Source: Paraspadella gotoi (lineage: Eukaryota; Animalia; Chaetognatha). From it: 62,412 nucleotides of DNA. A program made the translations under genes and the position numbers. The notes under the pieces were generated by a model. The model was not told where the DNA came from, made no database searches, and was given only the letters and a program-made list of their open reading frames with translations. Positions 40,520-53,289 of this stretch are shown piece after piece; the first letter of the stretch is position 1; the number at the start of each line of letters is the position of its first letter. The stretch covers positions 627,878 through 690,289 of the forward strand of contig JBJCIZ010000282.1 of the NCBI GenBank assembly GCA_051294375.1, given 5' to 3'.

Positions 40520-42130
40520 TCTCTTCTCTTGCTCCTGCTTCATCTTGGGAAAGCGACGGCCCGGGCTTTAGTAACGATCCCCTATCCTCTCCCCCTCAGT
40601 CTCGTTCCCCCACATCTACCTGAGATTCCTCTCCTCTCGCTTCCTTCCACCCAACCCTTCCTATGCATTCTCTCCTAGTAAGTGCTTTCTCCTCCTCCCT
40701 CTCGTGCTCTCGGGGAACGATGAACCATGCGGCCTCGTATTGCCGCCAACATGAAGATCTCTCGGCAGGTATTATTGACGCCGACTGATAGGCCCCTGAC
40801 CGAAATTAGGCAGTTAAATCCATTGTAAGTTGAATCACTTCTGTCGCGGGCAAACCGTCTGTACTTACCCGGGAGAGTCCTCGCTTCAGATTTGTATGGT
40901 ACGACCTCTCTACCTCATCCGTCGCGACTCGGCTACGCGTTCTTCATTTCACTCTCTGACACTCCTCAGCAGAGGAGTCGGCGTCTCCTCCCGGACGACG
41001 CCCACGCCGCTTTATCCGTCGAACCGCCGAAAACATAACCTAAGACCACTAGGCAGGTGGCCGTAGGTCCCTCGCATTAGGATCGCTAAGCGAACGGAGA
41101 ATTATTACCCAGCTTGTAAAAAAAATTAAAAACTAATCAATTTCGAAACTAATAGAGAAAAAATTGGCTATTTAGCATCGATTACCTCGTCTATCATCGA
41201 GTCTCCCTCCGCCCCGTCTTTTCGACTCGCCATCTGCTCCCGACGCCCTTGAATACATTTTTTGGATTCTCTACTAATACCGATCGCCCTAAAGTACGGC
41301 CAAGAAACCTCGCATATTTTTACCTCCGGTTCCCATTGGTAGAGAGGCTGCTCCCGGGGCGTTCGATCATCTTCAGTCACAGAGAAATCACCGACATCGT
41401 TCGTCCTTCGTCGTTCTGTCGCCGAAGACCATTGGTTGTTCTGTCACGACCGCGACAATGACACCATGTGCGGTCGTCGTCGTCGTTCGTCGGCGGCCCG
41501 ATGTCAAATGGACATCGGTCGTCCTAGGATCGCGTCGCACCTTTGGCAATACGTCTGTATCCGGCGCCCGGTGTATCTAATACGATTCAGTACAGTCAAA
41601 CAGGCAAGAGCTTTCGAGAACGACCGCAACCATGGCCACCAAGACGCCACATACAGTCTCGGCCGCAGGTATCTTCCTACAAATCGTCGTCGTCGGCGCG
41701 GACTCTTCCTCACCCAGTCGTCGTGTTCGTCGTCGCCGTTAAGCGTACGCTCGTCACCGGCTTCAATAGATTTTCAGATCGCGCAAGAACAAAAGGCTCG
41801 TATGCAGGGCATCTTCGTTGGTTCCCCGAGAAGCGTCCGGGCTCTCCGCCCGCTCCCAATTCGAATTACCCGCCGAAAAAATTGTTCCAATCGATTATGG
41901 GGGTCGTCGCGCAAGTCGAAAAACCAAAGTGGAAGGCGGCGGCGTCTATCTCTCATGTACGTTTTGAAGCTGTTTTGTGTACGGAGCGCATGTTGGTTCC
42001 GTGCAACTAAATCTCATAACGCCCCCGATAGTTTGTTGAAATAAAGTTCCACTCTAGTATTGTGACTGGCGGAGCAACAGCGGTTCGTTGAAAAGAGTAT
42101 ATTCAGTGATTCATGAACCAAATCCACTTA
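40520..42130 (-). pseudogene. Inverted, noisy copy of the mucin-like membrane protein gene
   Basis: Reverse complement contains atcgattggaacaattttttcggcggg (IDWNNFF) and the intron gtaatcgatgct..agtttcgaaattgattagtttttaattttttttacaag at ~41113-41186. Confidence 0.75.
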
Positions 42131-43429
42131 CTCTTTCTATTTTCGATTAATTATATGAGAGAGAAGAATCTAGAGATGAGGGGTAGATTGAGCCATGCAC
42201 AAGAGAAAAGTCGGGAAAAACTTGGAATGTCAGCAAAAGCTGTAAATGAGTGTGAAAAGCGAGAAAGTGGTATATATATGAAAAGGAATAGTGTGGAAAG
42301 AGCGAACAATGGAAAAAGAAACTTATCAGTTTGACAAGGAAGAAAAACTTTCCCGAGCTCTTAGGGTCATTTATCAGTGTTATAGAATTAAAGACGAGTG
42401 CAAAAATGATAGAGCCACCGAGAGAGAGGAGAGAGGACTGAGAGGAGAATGTAAGAGGACCACTTTTGCGACGGAGAGAGATTACAACCTAATCAGCGAG
42501 GAGTTAGCAGGAAGCAGATTGGAGAATTGAAGATTCTTTCGAGATGATAGATGAAAGAGAATGAAAAAGATTCTAGGATTATGACCAATGCAATCGATTA
42601 TTGTGTGAAGAGTAGTGTCTTACTGATTGAAGAATATGACACATTACTTTTTTCCCCAAAAATTTTAATTTTCGCGCGTATATCACTTTCCCTGTGTCAT
42701 AATATACTCTCTTTCACTCTTTCGTCATTACAGATTCTCATTTATTTTGTATCTCATCAGTCGTTACCCCGTCAAAGAGACGGCAGGCCGGGTCGATATC
42801 GATAATTAGACATGTGTGCACCTCTAGCGTCCTCCTTCGCATTCTCTATTTATCTCGTCTCTTCCTCTGAATTATGATCGGTACAACACAGCAACTTGAT
42901 ATCTCTCTATTCTTCATAATCTCCTCTCGTTATCCCTACACCCATGGTATCTGTGAATCTCCCATTTTTACTCACCTTAATTTCTATCAGAAGAAGTGTC
43001 TACGTGATATTAGCTACTGCAACTCATTATACTCTACAATATATCTGACATCTATATTATTTGTTCGGATGTTCGGTGGAGGTCGGGGCTTCCGAGTAGG
43101 GACAGCTTAAGCTAGGGAAAAGGAGGAGAAAAGAGTGAGTGTAGAGAAAATAGTTATATGAGTATTTATTATGTTATTGATTAATTTATTATCTGGGGTT
43201 AATGTTTCGTCACGAAGTATTATGTCTCGGCACGGTTTTTCGTTGTCTTTGTTTGTGAATTGCAAATTCGCAATCGAGAAGATATACAATTATCATCGTT
43301 TATTTTTTATGTCTATTTCTAAAATGTACATCCTGAGGATAGAAATAAACTAATCCTACGAGTAGTATTAGTATATTATATATATTTAATTCACACACTA
43401 AGTTTATTTACACTACGACGATGAATAAA

Positions 43430-44490
43430 AAATGTCATGCCTAGTATCTATCTGTTGGAGCCTGGAAGTTCCATGAGGCATATTGATTGAAAGCGACGTC
43501 GATGATAGAACTCTGAGGTATACGGCAGCTAGTCGAGATGCAACGATAATGGTTGCCGGTCGATTCCCTACAACATTAATGGAGAGACCTGAAATATCCT
43601 TTTGACCTTGATTCTCGTTTGTTGCTGTTCCGGTCATGAATCAGAGATCCACGTATCTGGCCAGGACTAAGATGACGACCCTTATCTCTTCTGGTCGTCT
43701 GTAGGTTTTTTTTCTTTATCCTGGCCGATATGGTTTGTAATAAGACTTTGGATGACCGCTGGTTCAGCCAGCTGTGCGTAAAGAGCTTCTTTCTGCTTGT
43801 CGGCCTTGTTGTCTTATAAAGTTCGAATGAGATTCCTTTTAAGTGAAGTGTCGGGCACTGAAAATAATCGCAACTAAAATGCATGAGCCATGATGGCACA
43901 AAACTGGATGTATAACATAGCCACGATGACAGACTGTCACGCAGTAAGCTTCCAAAGGCGAAATATATGGAGTTGCCATTTAGGAAGTAGCATCAGAGAT
44001 GTGGCAAGCTGTTCCAGCCATCTGTTTTTTAGGGTTGAACGTCAGACAGCTTGCGTAGGGCCTTGGCGGATTCGGCTAGTCCGCTCTCGGCCTGTTCGCT
44101 ATCTTTCTGTCTATCAAGGACTCGCCTGCCTACTGAGAAGTAGAAATTTATAGAGTATTGAAACTTCATTGCTGGATGCCGTTTAGATGTGAGATTGACA
44201 AACGAAGCCGAGAGAGAAATTATACTGTATCCAATGTGAAGGACCCCAGTGTATATGGGAAGAAATAAAATTTCTTGTCGAGAGCTTTTAACGATGGTAC
44301 GTAAAAGAGAGATGTACGTATGCGTCGACGTAAAATATGGAGGAATTTGCCCAGGATGTAGGGAACAGATAAGAAAGTCTGAAGCAAAAATCTTAGAATA
44401 GATATTGAGTATGGTCTCAGCGAAACAGAGGCAAGAGATGCATGACATCGTATGCTCATGATTCCCCAGGGTGCATGGCTAGTTGAGGAT
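43430..44490 (+). pseudogene. Probable Polinton retroviral-type integrase, very noisy
   Basis: Fragments in the expected order across indels: EMQ...LKY.LTL...VAVP; VR..P..(K/Q)G...EIYRV; VKD..(G)EEIK. Position at the start of the structural module also fits. Confidence 0.35.
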
Positions 44491-44539
44491 GCTGATGGGA
44501 GTTTTCCATTGTGTCTTGTGTCCTGTTGCCTTAGCGCAA

Positions 44540-45000
44540 TTATCAACAGTTTCTGAGGAGAATCATTTAATCCTACTGCGGCCCGCTGATAGTCCGGGGG
44601 AAAACATATTGGGCAGTTATAAAGCCGTACGCATTCGTGAGGGCGGGACGTCGCGAGATACTTTCGTTAGGTAATTCATTTGTTTGTGATATATTCTACT
44701 TTCTGACGAGAGATACAGAGAATTTAATGATGTTAGGTGTTAATGCGATCTCGAGGAGCGCCTCTGATGGATGAAATGCCTAGTTGTGGGTAGGTGGACG
44801 TCGGAGAGGAATGCAGTGCCAGACAATTTGACAAATATTTTTCAGCATTTTTATTTTTTCTTTTGCATTTTACTGACGGATTTAATTTTGCTTTGGCTTT
44901 TTCGCCGGGTACACTCGCATTCCTTGAGGGCGTCAAATAGAACCAGTTTGTAGAGAGAAATGCAATACCGTTGATTATGACCGACATTGATATATATAAA
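44540..45000 (+). pseudogene. Probable A32/FtsK-like packaging ATPase, noisy
   Basis: Walker A-like ggc ccg ... ggg aaa aca tat tgg (GP....GKTYW, ~44579-44612) and Walker B-like CILLTDLIL..LF...HSH (ORF 44771..44953), resembling the Polinton LIILDDLM..LFT.GSHH. Confidence 0.45.
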
Positions 45001-45049
45001 ATTTAATGTATGAGGACGAAGTAGGGAGCGTGAGAGGAGATTTGATTGC

Positions 45050-47020
45050 CTTACGATTGTTGGTGTGGGTAAGTTTCGCCATGGCAACCTCGGGCCTTCC
45101 GTGGTGTCGATGTCCGCCTCGAGGGGTGCTGTCTGTCATGCAGTTCACACAGAATGACGGCGGCTCGGCGGGGGACTGGTCGCCTTTGGATAATAAATGA
45201 CTATATCTGGGTCGATGCAAGAACAGTGGACACCCGGGTGAACGGCGTGGGGAGCGATCGACGATCACGGATGAGAGTGCTGCGGCGTCGCAGCTGGTGG
45301 ATGGCTTTACGAAATCCTGTTGGGAGCGCGTCGATATCGTTCGCTACTAACCTTATCGTGGAGATTATCCCTGGGTCGTACCCATGACGTTGTTCGGCGA
45401 AGGATTGTATATGAGTCGGCAGAAATCACACGCGAAAGTTGCGAATAGCGGCGGGATTGGCGCGCCCACAGCTACGAATTTGTGGTTTCGTAACAGTGGA
45501 CAGTTAGACTGGCGAGCTAAATCATCGTATTGTGAATATGGCTATATCATAAGTGTTGTGGTATTGTGAGTCTGAGAGATTGAACTTTTTTCAAGTGTTC
45601 TCCTAAGCACTGTTCAGGGGAGGCAATGAATAACCACGTTATTCGTAATTTTGCATAGGACCGTCATACTCTACGAGTTTCGATGTCTTTCGAGAATAAT
45701 TAAACAATAAGATATATGGATAAATTGTAGAAAATCCTACAAATTTACCCACACTGAGGATTTCCAAGTTGGATGATGGCCGAGACTCCATCTTTTGATG
45801 GAGTTAAATACCGTTACGCATGTAATAGCTTAAAGTAAGCAACCAAAGCAATATACATACATATGAGTGCACTTATGGTTGTATAGATATAATCTTAAAT
45901 GTATAATAACCACTAATATGTGGCATTTGGTATTTTGCTGAATATATAAGAGAGAAATCAACTGTTAGCGAGAACTTTCAAAAAAATTTTGAGACACGTC
46001 CTCGTGAATGGATTCTATTGCGGTGGAACCTCGTTTTAGTATCTTTGCTACTAATGTGCGTGAGTCTGTTTGGGCGTTGTTCCTGTTTATTTCAATTTGT
46101 TATGAATGTTCGAGAATGGTCTTCTTGGCCAGAGGTTTCTGGTTATATAGGAAGGGAATGTGATCCACGGCGAAACACTGTTCATACTCTCCTGTACGTC
46201 GAATCCCCTGGGAAGAACTGCGATATCAGCGAAAGGATGCAGCGATCACTTTGAACGCTTCGGATCGACTAAACGAATGTACGGGTAGATAAGGAAGTCA
46301 AGCTCTCCGGTGTTGAGTATATATCGCTTTTAACGAGGATAACCTTTCCTTATGTGGTTGGCATATCTCTATGTTTGATTTCCGTAATCCACCTGAGGTA
46401 CGTTCGTACAATGTAGCTGTGCTAGTCGTGTATGAAGAGATCCAAATAGCACACCTTTGAAATATTGGTGGAATCACTATGATGACACGCAAAACGTAGA
46501 CGCTACGCCCATCATTATGTAAGCAACACTTAAATTATATGCAACCATCAACTTTAGGATTGAAGCGCGAAGTGTCCTCCAGAATGTGATAACTGTTTTT
46601 TATATCCTGTATATACTCTGGGAATGATTTTGTATGTGGAAATGGACAATGGATACTCTCAGAACCGCATTCTTGTCGGTATGGCGGTGAATTAAACCGC
46701 CATTACGAGACTCGACCCCCTGAGCATATAGTTATAACGTGATGTCATTTTAAGGGGGAGTATTCTGTATAGAAACTCCGACAATAAGATTACAAAATTG
46801 AGAGTGAAGAAAATGAAAAATATTACTAATAGAAAGTAAATATTCTATAAAAAGAAATACATTATTAGATCCAAATCCGAGTACCGCAAAATAATTGAGC
46901 CCTTTAAAAGAACCACACTATATACGATTACTTACAAAGAAAAGGGGCGCCCTGACGAACCTCAGAATAAACAAATAATCTCTCCTCAAAATATAAATAT
47001 CATGATTTATTTTTAACACC
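45050..47020 (+). pseudogene. Probable minor capsid protein (penton, single jelly roll), noisy; boundaries approximate
   Basis: GDW near the N-terminus (~45175), VEIIPGSY (~45360; Polinton penton IxIPxGxY) and LLYVE...CDISE (~46190; LYVYCDIxE). Confidence 0.45.
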
Positions 47021-47171
47021 CACTCTTTTCTTGTAATAAATCACATTATTTTTTAAGAGAATCGTCCGATACTTAATAATTCTGAACATGAAATAGAAAA
47101 TTCAGAATATACGGAATTAACATTGACCGATACCGAAATGATAAAGCTGTAAACGGTTCTCAGTCACTAAC

Positions 47172-47645
47172 ATGCCCGTCCGTCATGTTTATGTTCCGAA
47201 CCTGGAGCGATTGATCCGAAAGCTGTTTGGATGTTGTGGATGCTATGTGTGACCGTAAACAGGGCATATACTATGCGGTATAATGTTCATGTTGCCGATA
47301 ACGATGTTTGTTTTGAATGTTATAAAGGCCAAATTGAGTTTAGAAAATGGCTAGCTTGGGAGGCTCCCATCTCGCTTTGATCAGCTCATGTTCCGGTTTT
47401 CGTCGATGCGGAGGAATGCCTTGTGGCTCATGCATCAGGAGATCGTAGCGGCGCGGACAATTGGGGACGTGTGGGCGTGACCCAAGGAATCGCGAAGGAT
47501 GTCAAGGGACAACGGCGGCGCGCTGGTGGCGTGGCAGGCGGCGCAGCTGGCGGCGACGAAATGATGACGACGACGGCGAAATCGGTTTGGATTAAGGATG
47601 GTAAAGACAGAATCGAGTCACCGGTCGTGATCCAAAAACCGTAAG
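47172..47645 (+). pseudogene. Possible Gly-rich virion core protein(s) between the minor and major capsid genes
   Basis: MPVRHVYVPNLE.. and GVTQGIAKDVKGQRRRAGGVAGGAAGG; position typical of the Polinton PZ-like ORF. Confidence 0.3.
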
Positions 47646-47949
47646 TCTCGTTCTCTTCTCGCGAGAAATTACGTCATTTCGTCTTAAAATGCTGGGGCAA
47701 ATATAAAAAATATAATGGCTTCCTCCAGAAGATTTTTCGTCCAATGGTTCGATTTTTTAAATTAGCGGGCGGATTACTTTAGAGCTAGAAGAAGCAAGAA
47801 ATAAGGATTTTTTTATTAAATAATATGGGAATCAACGGTCTAAACTCGGCAGTATTAGATCAATTGGCGTGAATCAATCAATCTTTCATTTGAAAGCACG
47901 TCGGCGCTCAAGCTTGCCAATCTTGGTTTGGAAGCCAAAGTCACGTGAC

Positions 47950-48578
47950 TTGGCTAAGTGTCGTGAGTCGAAACCATTGAACGGCATTGAGGGAGAAATC
48001 GCGATCGAGTTCATTTGCTATTAAGTCAGGGAGCCCTCTGACGGGTCGGTAAACTCTGCTATGCTCGATGGTGAAAAAAATGATAAGGTCTTCAATTGTT
48101 TGAGGGAAGATAATTTGCTCTATTTCAAGGGGTTTAAGAAGTCAATTTTTTACGAAAGTTGTTGTATTAAAAAAGGAGGCAAAAACGGTCGGGAAGCCCA
48201 TCATTGCAATCCGTAACAGGAATGGGCAAGTGTTCCAGGATTGATATGACGGCGAGAAGATGACTATGCAATGGAACAAGGATAAAAGGGCCAGTTCACG
48301 GAACACACAACTGGGAAATTTCTTTGTTAATTCCATTGCAAACACTTAGTCTGGAGACTTGATGATCAGGGTCAATGCATTTGTCATGAGGATGTGGTCA
48401 ATCAGGTGCAAGCTCCGGGCGCTATCAATTTCAAAGAAACCCTGGAAGGGTATCTGGGGGTGTGGAATGTGGTAAAACATCTCATTTAACAAAGATGAAT
48501 TGCCCTGCAAAGGGGATGGTTGCTGTTTGGGCTTGGTAAGGTGTTGGGACACTTCGGGAAAGTGCTGTCGAAAAGGAT
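47950..48578 (+). pseudogene. Ty3/gypsy gag remnant with paired CCHC zinc knuckles
   Basis: Across frameshifts, 48455-48575 reads ECGKTSH....CPAKG..C.....GHFGK.C, the tandem knuckle pattern of Mag-like gypsy gag. Confidence 0.55.
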
Positions 48579-48603
48579 NNNNNNNNNNNNNNNNNNNNNN
48601 NNN

Positions 48604-49899
48604 ACGTGCGTGGAAAGGATTGAACGTGTTCGACAAAGAGCATAGTGGAAGTCATCAATACGACAGCGCTTACTTTTTAGAGTTGAAGCCTCAAATTCCT
48701 CTCGACTCAAGTCTTCCTAGATCGTCTTCAAACGGGAGCCCCATGAACGAATTCATCGATTTTGGAGATTCCTACATGAAACTTCACGTTAAGATCACTA
48801 AGGGGATAATACGGCTATCGATGCCGCATCGGCGGTTATATTCAGTCGGCTTCAAGCAGATACCAACGCCTCAATTTTTAAAAATTTTGGATATTGTTTA
48901 GGTGGGACAGTCTCTAACAGCGCAGGATAATTGTCACGGGTATACATCGTGGTTGACATGCTGATGAACATGGATAAGCAATGGTTGAGAACGAAAGGGA
49001 AATTTATTAGGCTGTTATTACGAAAGTAACCCAGTACTAACCGAGCGGACACGGGCTTTTTCGGTTTCAAGGAACGCCTCCGAAACCACAAAACTTCCCA
49101 CGTAGCCGTATACGTAGCCCCCATTCTTTCACAGTTTCGCTCTTTCGGCACAATACTGATGCTTTCATGATGGACGTGAGTATAGCTTACGAAGACAGGT
49201 CGACGCCTTCCCCATCCTCTCGGACATCACCACCGGCACCTTCAAATACGAAAATCGTCGACATGTCCGTCATGCTCAAGCAGGTCGTCGTGAACCCGAG
49301 TTATAACCTAAGATTGGAAGCGACATTGCGAAAAAAATGCTAGGTACGAATTTAATATATTGCGATGCTTCGAATATAGCTTACCATCGGGCCAGAAGAT
49401 CCTATTCTTTCGACGACGTCTCGCGAAAAACGAGATCCCTCAAATCGCCATAGTCGGTATCGTCGACGCCGACGCCTTCGAAGGTACTTTTAAAGTCACC
49501 GTATTATTTTCAGCATCGCAACTAAAAAATTGGTATATCAAATCTCCGGAAAAAATTACCCCCAGTCCGAACGGTTTCACCTCGATTTCGAATCGACGAC
49601 GGCGCCCGATTGGATCGAAGGGTTTCCTTCGTTATTTCAGCTGACGGCATTTATTCCAAGGATTCGTTATGTATAGACTACGAAAGATACGACAGCGGAT
49701 ACACGTTGATATGCACACGTTCGACGCCCCCAGCACGTCTCCCGATATCCACTCTTTACCAAATTCGCGCCGGCCAAAATAACGCTGGAATTCCGGCACC
49801 GATCTCCCCAACAATAGTAAACTTTGGTATATTCTATTTTTAATCGCGAAATCTTCATAAATTCTCAAAGACGAGATCTTGCTAAATTATAATCTGTAA
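48604..49899 (+). CDS. MCP: Double-jelly-roll major capsid protein (Polinton PY/hexon-like), frameshifted; start hidden by the N gap
   Basis: LNVFD..YDSAYFLELKPQIPLD..NEFIDFGDSYMKLHVKITK; MSVMLKQVVVNP..RYEFNILRCFEYSLPSG..IPQIAIVGIVDADAFEG; IDYERYDSGYTL; ends ILLNYNL*. These match Polinton MCP blocks (EYIDL..L.VK.KI, IP..I.IG.V...AF.G, GYTL). Confidence 0.88.
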
Positions 49900-49914
49900 A
49901 AGAAAGAAAAAAGG

Positions 49915-49982
49915 AAAAGTTCCAAGCGAAAAAAAGTTCCAAACAAAGAAAAAAGTTCCAAACGAAAAAAGTTCCAAGCGAA
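49915..49982 (+). repeat. Four tandem AAAAGTTCCAA units between MCP and protease
   Basis: Seen directly, ~16-19-bp spacing. Confidence 0.8.
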
Positions 49983-50053
49983 AAAAAAAACCGAGCGGAC
50001 ATTTTGTCTTTTCATTGCGCCTCGATCGCTGCGTCTGCGCTACGGACCTCATC

Positions 50054-50527
50054 ATGGATACTCGATCGCTCGATCAACTAGCATTTTTCAGATCCGCTGA
50101 TCGCTTTTTTTTTCATCGGAAAACTAAGGCATTGGATCAAAATACCGACTATTATTAAACCTAAACGTTGCTAATTTATAAACACAGAAAGCATCCTCGG
50201 CCGGACGGCACTGGATAGCTATTTTCGAGTTTAAACGCGCCGAATCTGCTAGAAATCGTGATTCCCGCTAGGGGATCCGCTTCAGCCGACCTCGCTCGAC
50301 TCCATCTTTAAAGCGTCTGCTCGCGAAATCGTATACAACGATAAATTGAAACAAAGGGAAAATGGCTTCTTCTGCGACTACATTGTCTATTTTTTTTGTA
50401 TTTCTTTGCCAGAGACTTTTCCGCCTGCGAAATATTAAACAAAATATTATACTTCTACCTCGTATATAAACGATGTTTTCATATCTAATTTTATTTCATC
50501 CGCTTTTTTTAAATTCGAAGAACATAA
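50054..50527 (+). CDS. PRO: Adenain-like (C5 family) maturation cysteine protease, frameshifted
   Basis: MDTRSLDQLA..; INTE..(P)GRHWIAIF (catalytic His ~50209); QRENGFFCDYIVYFF (oxyanion Gln ~50352, catalytic Cys ~50373); lies directly after MCP. Confidence 0.8.
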
Positions 50528-50673
50528 TTTTTCTCTCACCGGTTAATTTTTCGAATTTTTTACAGCGTCTTTCTCTCTCTCTCTCTCTCTCTCTGTCTTA
50601 TTTATGAGAACGAAAAAAGAAACCGGCGTGTTCGGAGAAAATTCACCAATTCGAAAGCAGTTATCTCAAGGCC

Positions 50674-51150
50674 ATGGCGAAGAACCGCAAACATCAAGCT
50701 CGCATCGACCAAGATCGCTGCTGGCGTCAAATTGGTGGAACTTCGCGTCGACGAAAAGCGCAGAGAGGGGAGGCAAGAAAGCGCCGTCTCAAAGAGGAAA
50801 GGGGGGAAGAAATCTCGCACGCAAAAAACAAGAACTAAAAGACCTCGTCGGCGCCGGGCCGGGAGGACAAGGGAAAGTCAAGGGGAAAGGAAAGAAAAGA
50901 GAAACGCGGGAACGGGACGTGGCGGGAAACGCCGCTAATGGATCTTCAAGCTCCCAGGAGGGATCTAAGCGTTCCTCTACAAACACTCTCGCTCAAGAGC
51001 GCTTAACAAAGATGAGTCGACTAGGTACTTATTTGTCCCGCCTATAAAATCTAAAAATATCGGTCGGCGTATGCGCGGCCTGAGCCCCGAATATCTCGTT
51101 AATTTTACCATCGAGCTTTTCAAAACCCTTCAGGCGTCCTTCGCTTGCGT
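50674..51150 (+). CDS. Lys/Arg-rich hypothetical protein(s), candidate virion core/DNA-condensing protein
   Basis: MAKNRKHQARIDQDRCWRQIGG.. and ORF 50604..51047 with VGAG/GKGKK basic Gly-rich tracts; frameshifted. Confidence 0.4.
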
Positions 51151-51346
51151 GCTCAGAGAAGGCCGCCGAGTTTCACCGCCGTCTTCCTCTTTCCTCTTCC
51201 CCTTCGACCGAAACGGGCTCCGCCGTCGTCAAAATTAACGACGCTCTCTCTCTCTCTCTCTTTCTTCTCGTCGATCTTCGACGTCCTCGCCCTCGTCCTC
51301 GTCCTCTTCCCCGACCTCACCATCGTCAGACAAAAATTAATAGGCC

Positions 51347-51377
<31 letters not shown>

Positions 51378-51779
51378 CGTCGCCGTCGATCTTCAACGTC
51401 CTCGTCCTCTTCCCGCCCTCGGCCATCGTCATAGACAAAATTAACGATGCTCTCTCTCTCTCTCTCTCTCTCGATCGCAGCGCGCGCGCGCGAGAGCGGA
51501 AACATATCGACGCCGCTTTCTCCCGCGAAGGCGCTCTTCCCCTCAAAAAAAACGCCGCCAGGCACGCCTCTCTCTTTAAATTCGGTCGTCGGAGGCGAAA
51601 ACTTTCCACTCGCCGATTTTTCTTTTCCCGAATCGAGTTTTCATCACTATCGAAAAAAGAAAAAAAGAACTCTAAACTCGAAATTTTCGCCATTCATTCG
51701 TTCATCAAAAAAACAAAAACTTTTACCCCTTTCTCTCGATCTCCAATTTTTTTCGCCAACGACGAAAAAACGACGCAAA

Positions 51780-52364
51780 ATGGTCAAGGCGTTCTACGAC
51801 GAGTACGACAGGCCATGCTTCGCCGGTTTCCATCACCGGAAATTGGATCGCCATGCGGAGGTAAAAACAAAACCCGTTACGTCGCTCCCCGCGTTGGGTT
51901 CGCGTCAGCGTCGAGAGACTCCGTCGCTTCGACTCCGGCGCTTCGACTTCCGCGCGGCGGGGTCGGGAGACCGGGGACCGCCGATGACCTCGTCCCCCAA
52001 GGGAAGCAAGGATTCTTTTTTTTCAAAGCAAATCCGCCGTCAAACGCCAACAACCAGAGTCGGCAGCGGGGCCGGCTTCCTCAACTTCGCTCAGGGGTCG
52101 GGCGCAACGAAACCGCGACGCCCGCTCATCGCCGACGCCAATTTGACGAAGGCGCTGAAGGACCCGCGCCTCCACGCCAGAATGGTCGCCCCTCCGCCGT
52201 CTTCCAGCCAGAATTTCTACGGCAGCGGGAAACTGCGAGCGACGGGAGTGGCTTTCCGGTACGTTGAAGAAGGGAACCTTGACCGGAGATTGTCACGTGG
52301 TCGTTATAGGAAAATACCGGAGGGGTTAAGAGCGAGAGCGAGAGTAAAAGAGAGCCGTCGATAA
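51780..52364 (+). CDS. 194-aa basic protein with four xxGSG motifs, candidate protease-processed core protein
   Basis: ATG at 51780 within ORF 51447..52364 (MVKAFYDEYD..); AAGSG, RVGSG, AQGSG, FYGSG. Confidence 0.55.
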   Translation: MVKAFYDEYDRPCFAGFHHRKLDRHAEVKTKPVTSLPALGSRQRRETPSLRLRRFDFRAAGSGDRGPPMTSSPKGSKDSFFSKQIRRQTPTTRVGSGAGFLNFAQGSGATKPRRPLIADANLTKALKDPRLHARMVAPPPSSSQNFYGSGKLRATGVAFRYVEEGNLDRRLSRGRYRKIPEGLRARARVKESRR

Positions 52365-53128
52365 CGGGGGAGTTTGGAATTTGATTGAGCAGAAACCGAA
52401 CGTGAATTCGCGATCGGGGAACAGATCCTCATCAAAATCCGTAATTCCGGACTCTCGCTCGAAAAGAAGGTAAATGTCGGCGACGAGAGGTCGACCGCAT
52501 GCTGTTCAAGAAAACGTGGGAATCTCCTTTGGCGATTGGTGCGTCTATTCCATAACTTTGATAGATAAGTTTGAGCTTCGCCGAAAACACGTCCAGTGGG
52601 CGGCGTATCTGAACGATATCGCCAACGAGACCGGAGAACCTCGAACAGAACGATTTTAACCGGTCAGGTGACTCCGCCGATATCGTTCGATGCCAACGAA
52701 CGTCATCTGAAAGATGGGAGTTTTTTACCCGCTTTCGCGACCAGGGGGTCTTCGTAACCGTAGAATACGGGAGAAACGATCCTCCCGAAGGGTTTTTCCC
52801 GCCCTCCAAAATAGCTCAGACTCTTTACGATTCGAATCGTCATAACGTTACGATAAATCGTGCTAAAGAGAGAAAAGGAGAAATAAGGAGAAACGTGTCG
52901 TAACGACCGACGCGACCGACCGACGAACCCGACCGAGACACCAACCAACCGTCTTCGAAAGCATTTTTTTATTTGGTGAAGGTAAAAAAAATATTAAAAT
53001 ACGAAATGACAAAATGTCGTCAGGCTGGGAATTAATCTCTCTCTCTCTCTCTCTCTCTCTCCGAACGTTCTGAATCTCGAAATCTTTGAAAATTCTCTCT
53101 CTCTCTCTCTCCAACGTCAATCTCGTTC

Positions 53129-53162
<34 letters not shown>

Positions 53163-53181
53163 ACGTATCGACTGAACTCGA

Positions 53182-53212
<31 letters not shown>

Positions 53213-53289
53213 CGAACGTTCGACTCGAAATCTCGGGAACTCTTCTCTCTCTCTCAGGGAAAAACCGCTAACTAACGGTCGAAGTGAAA

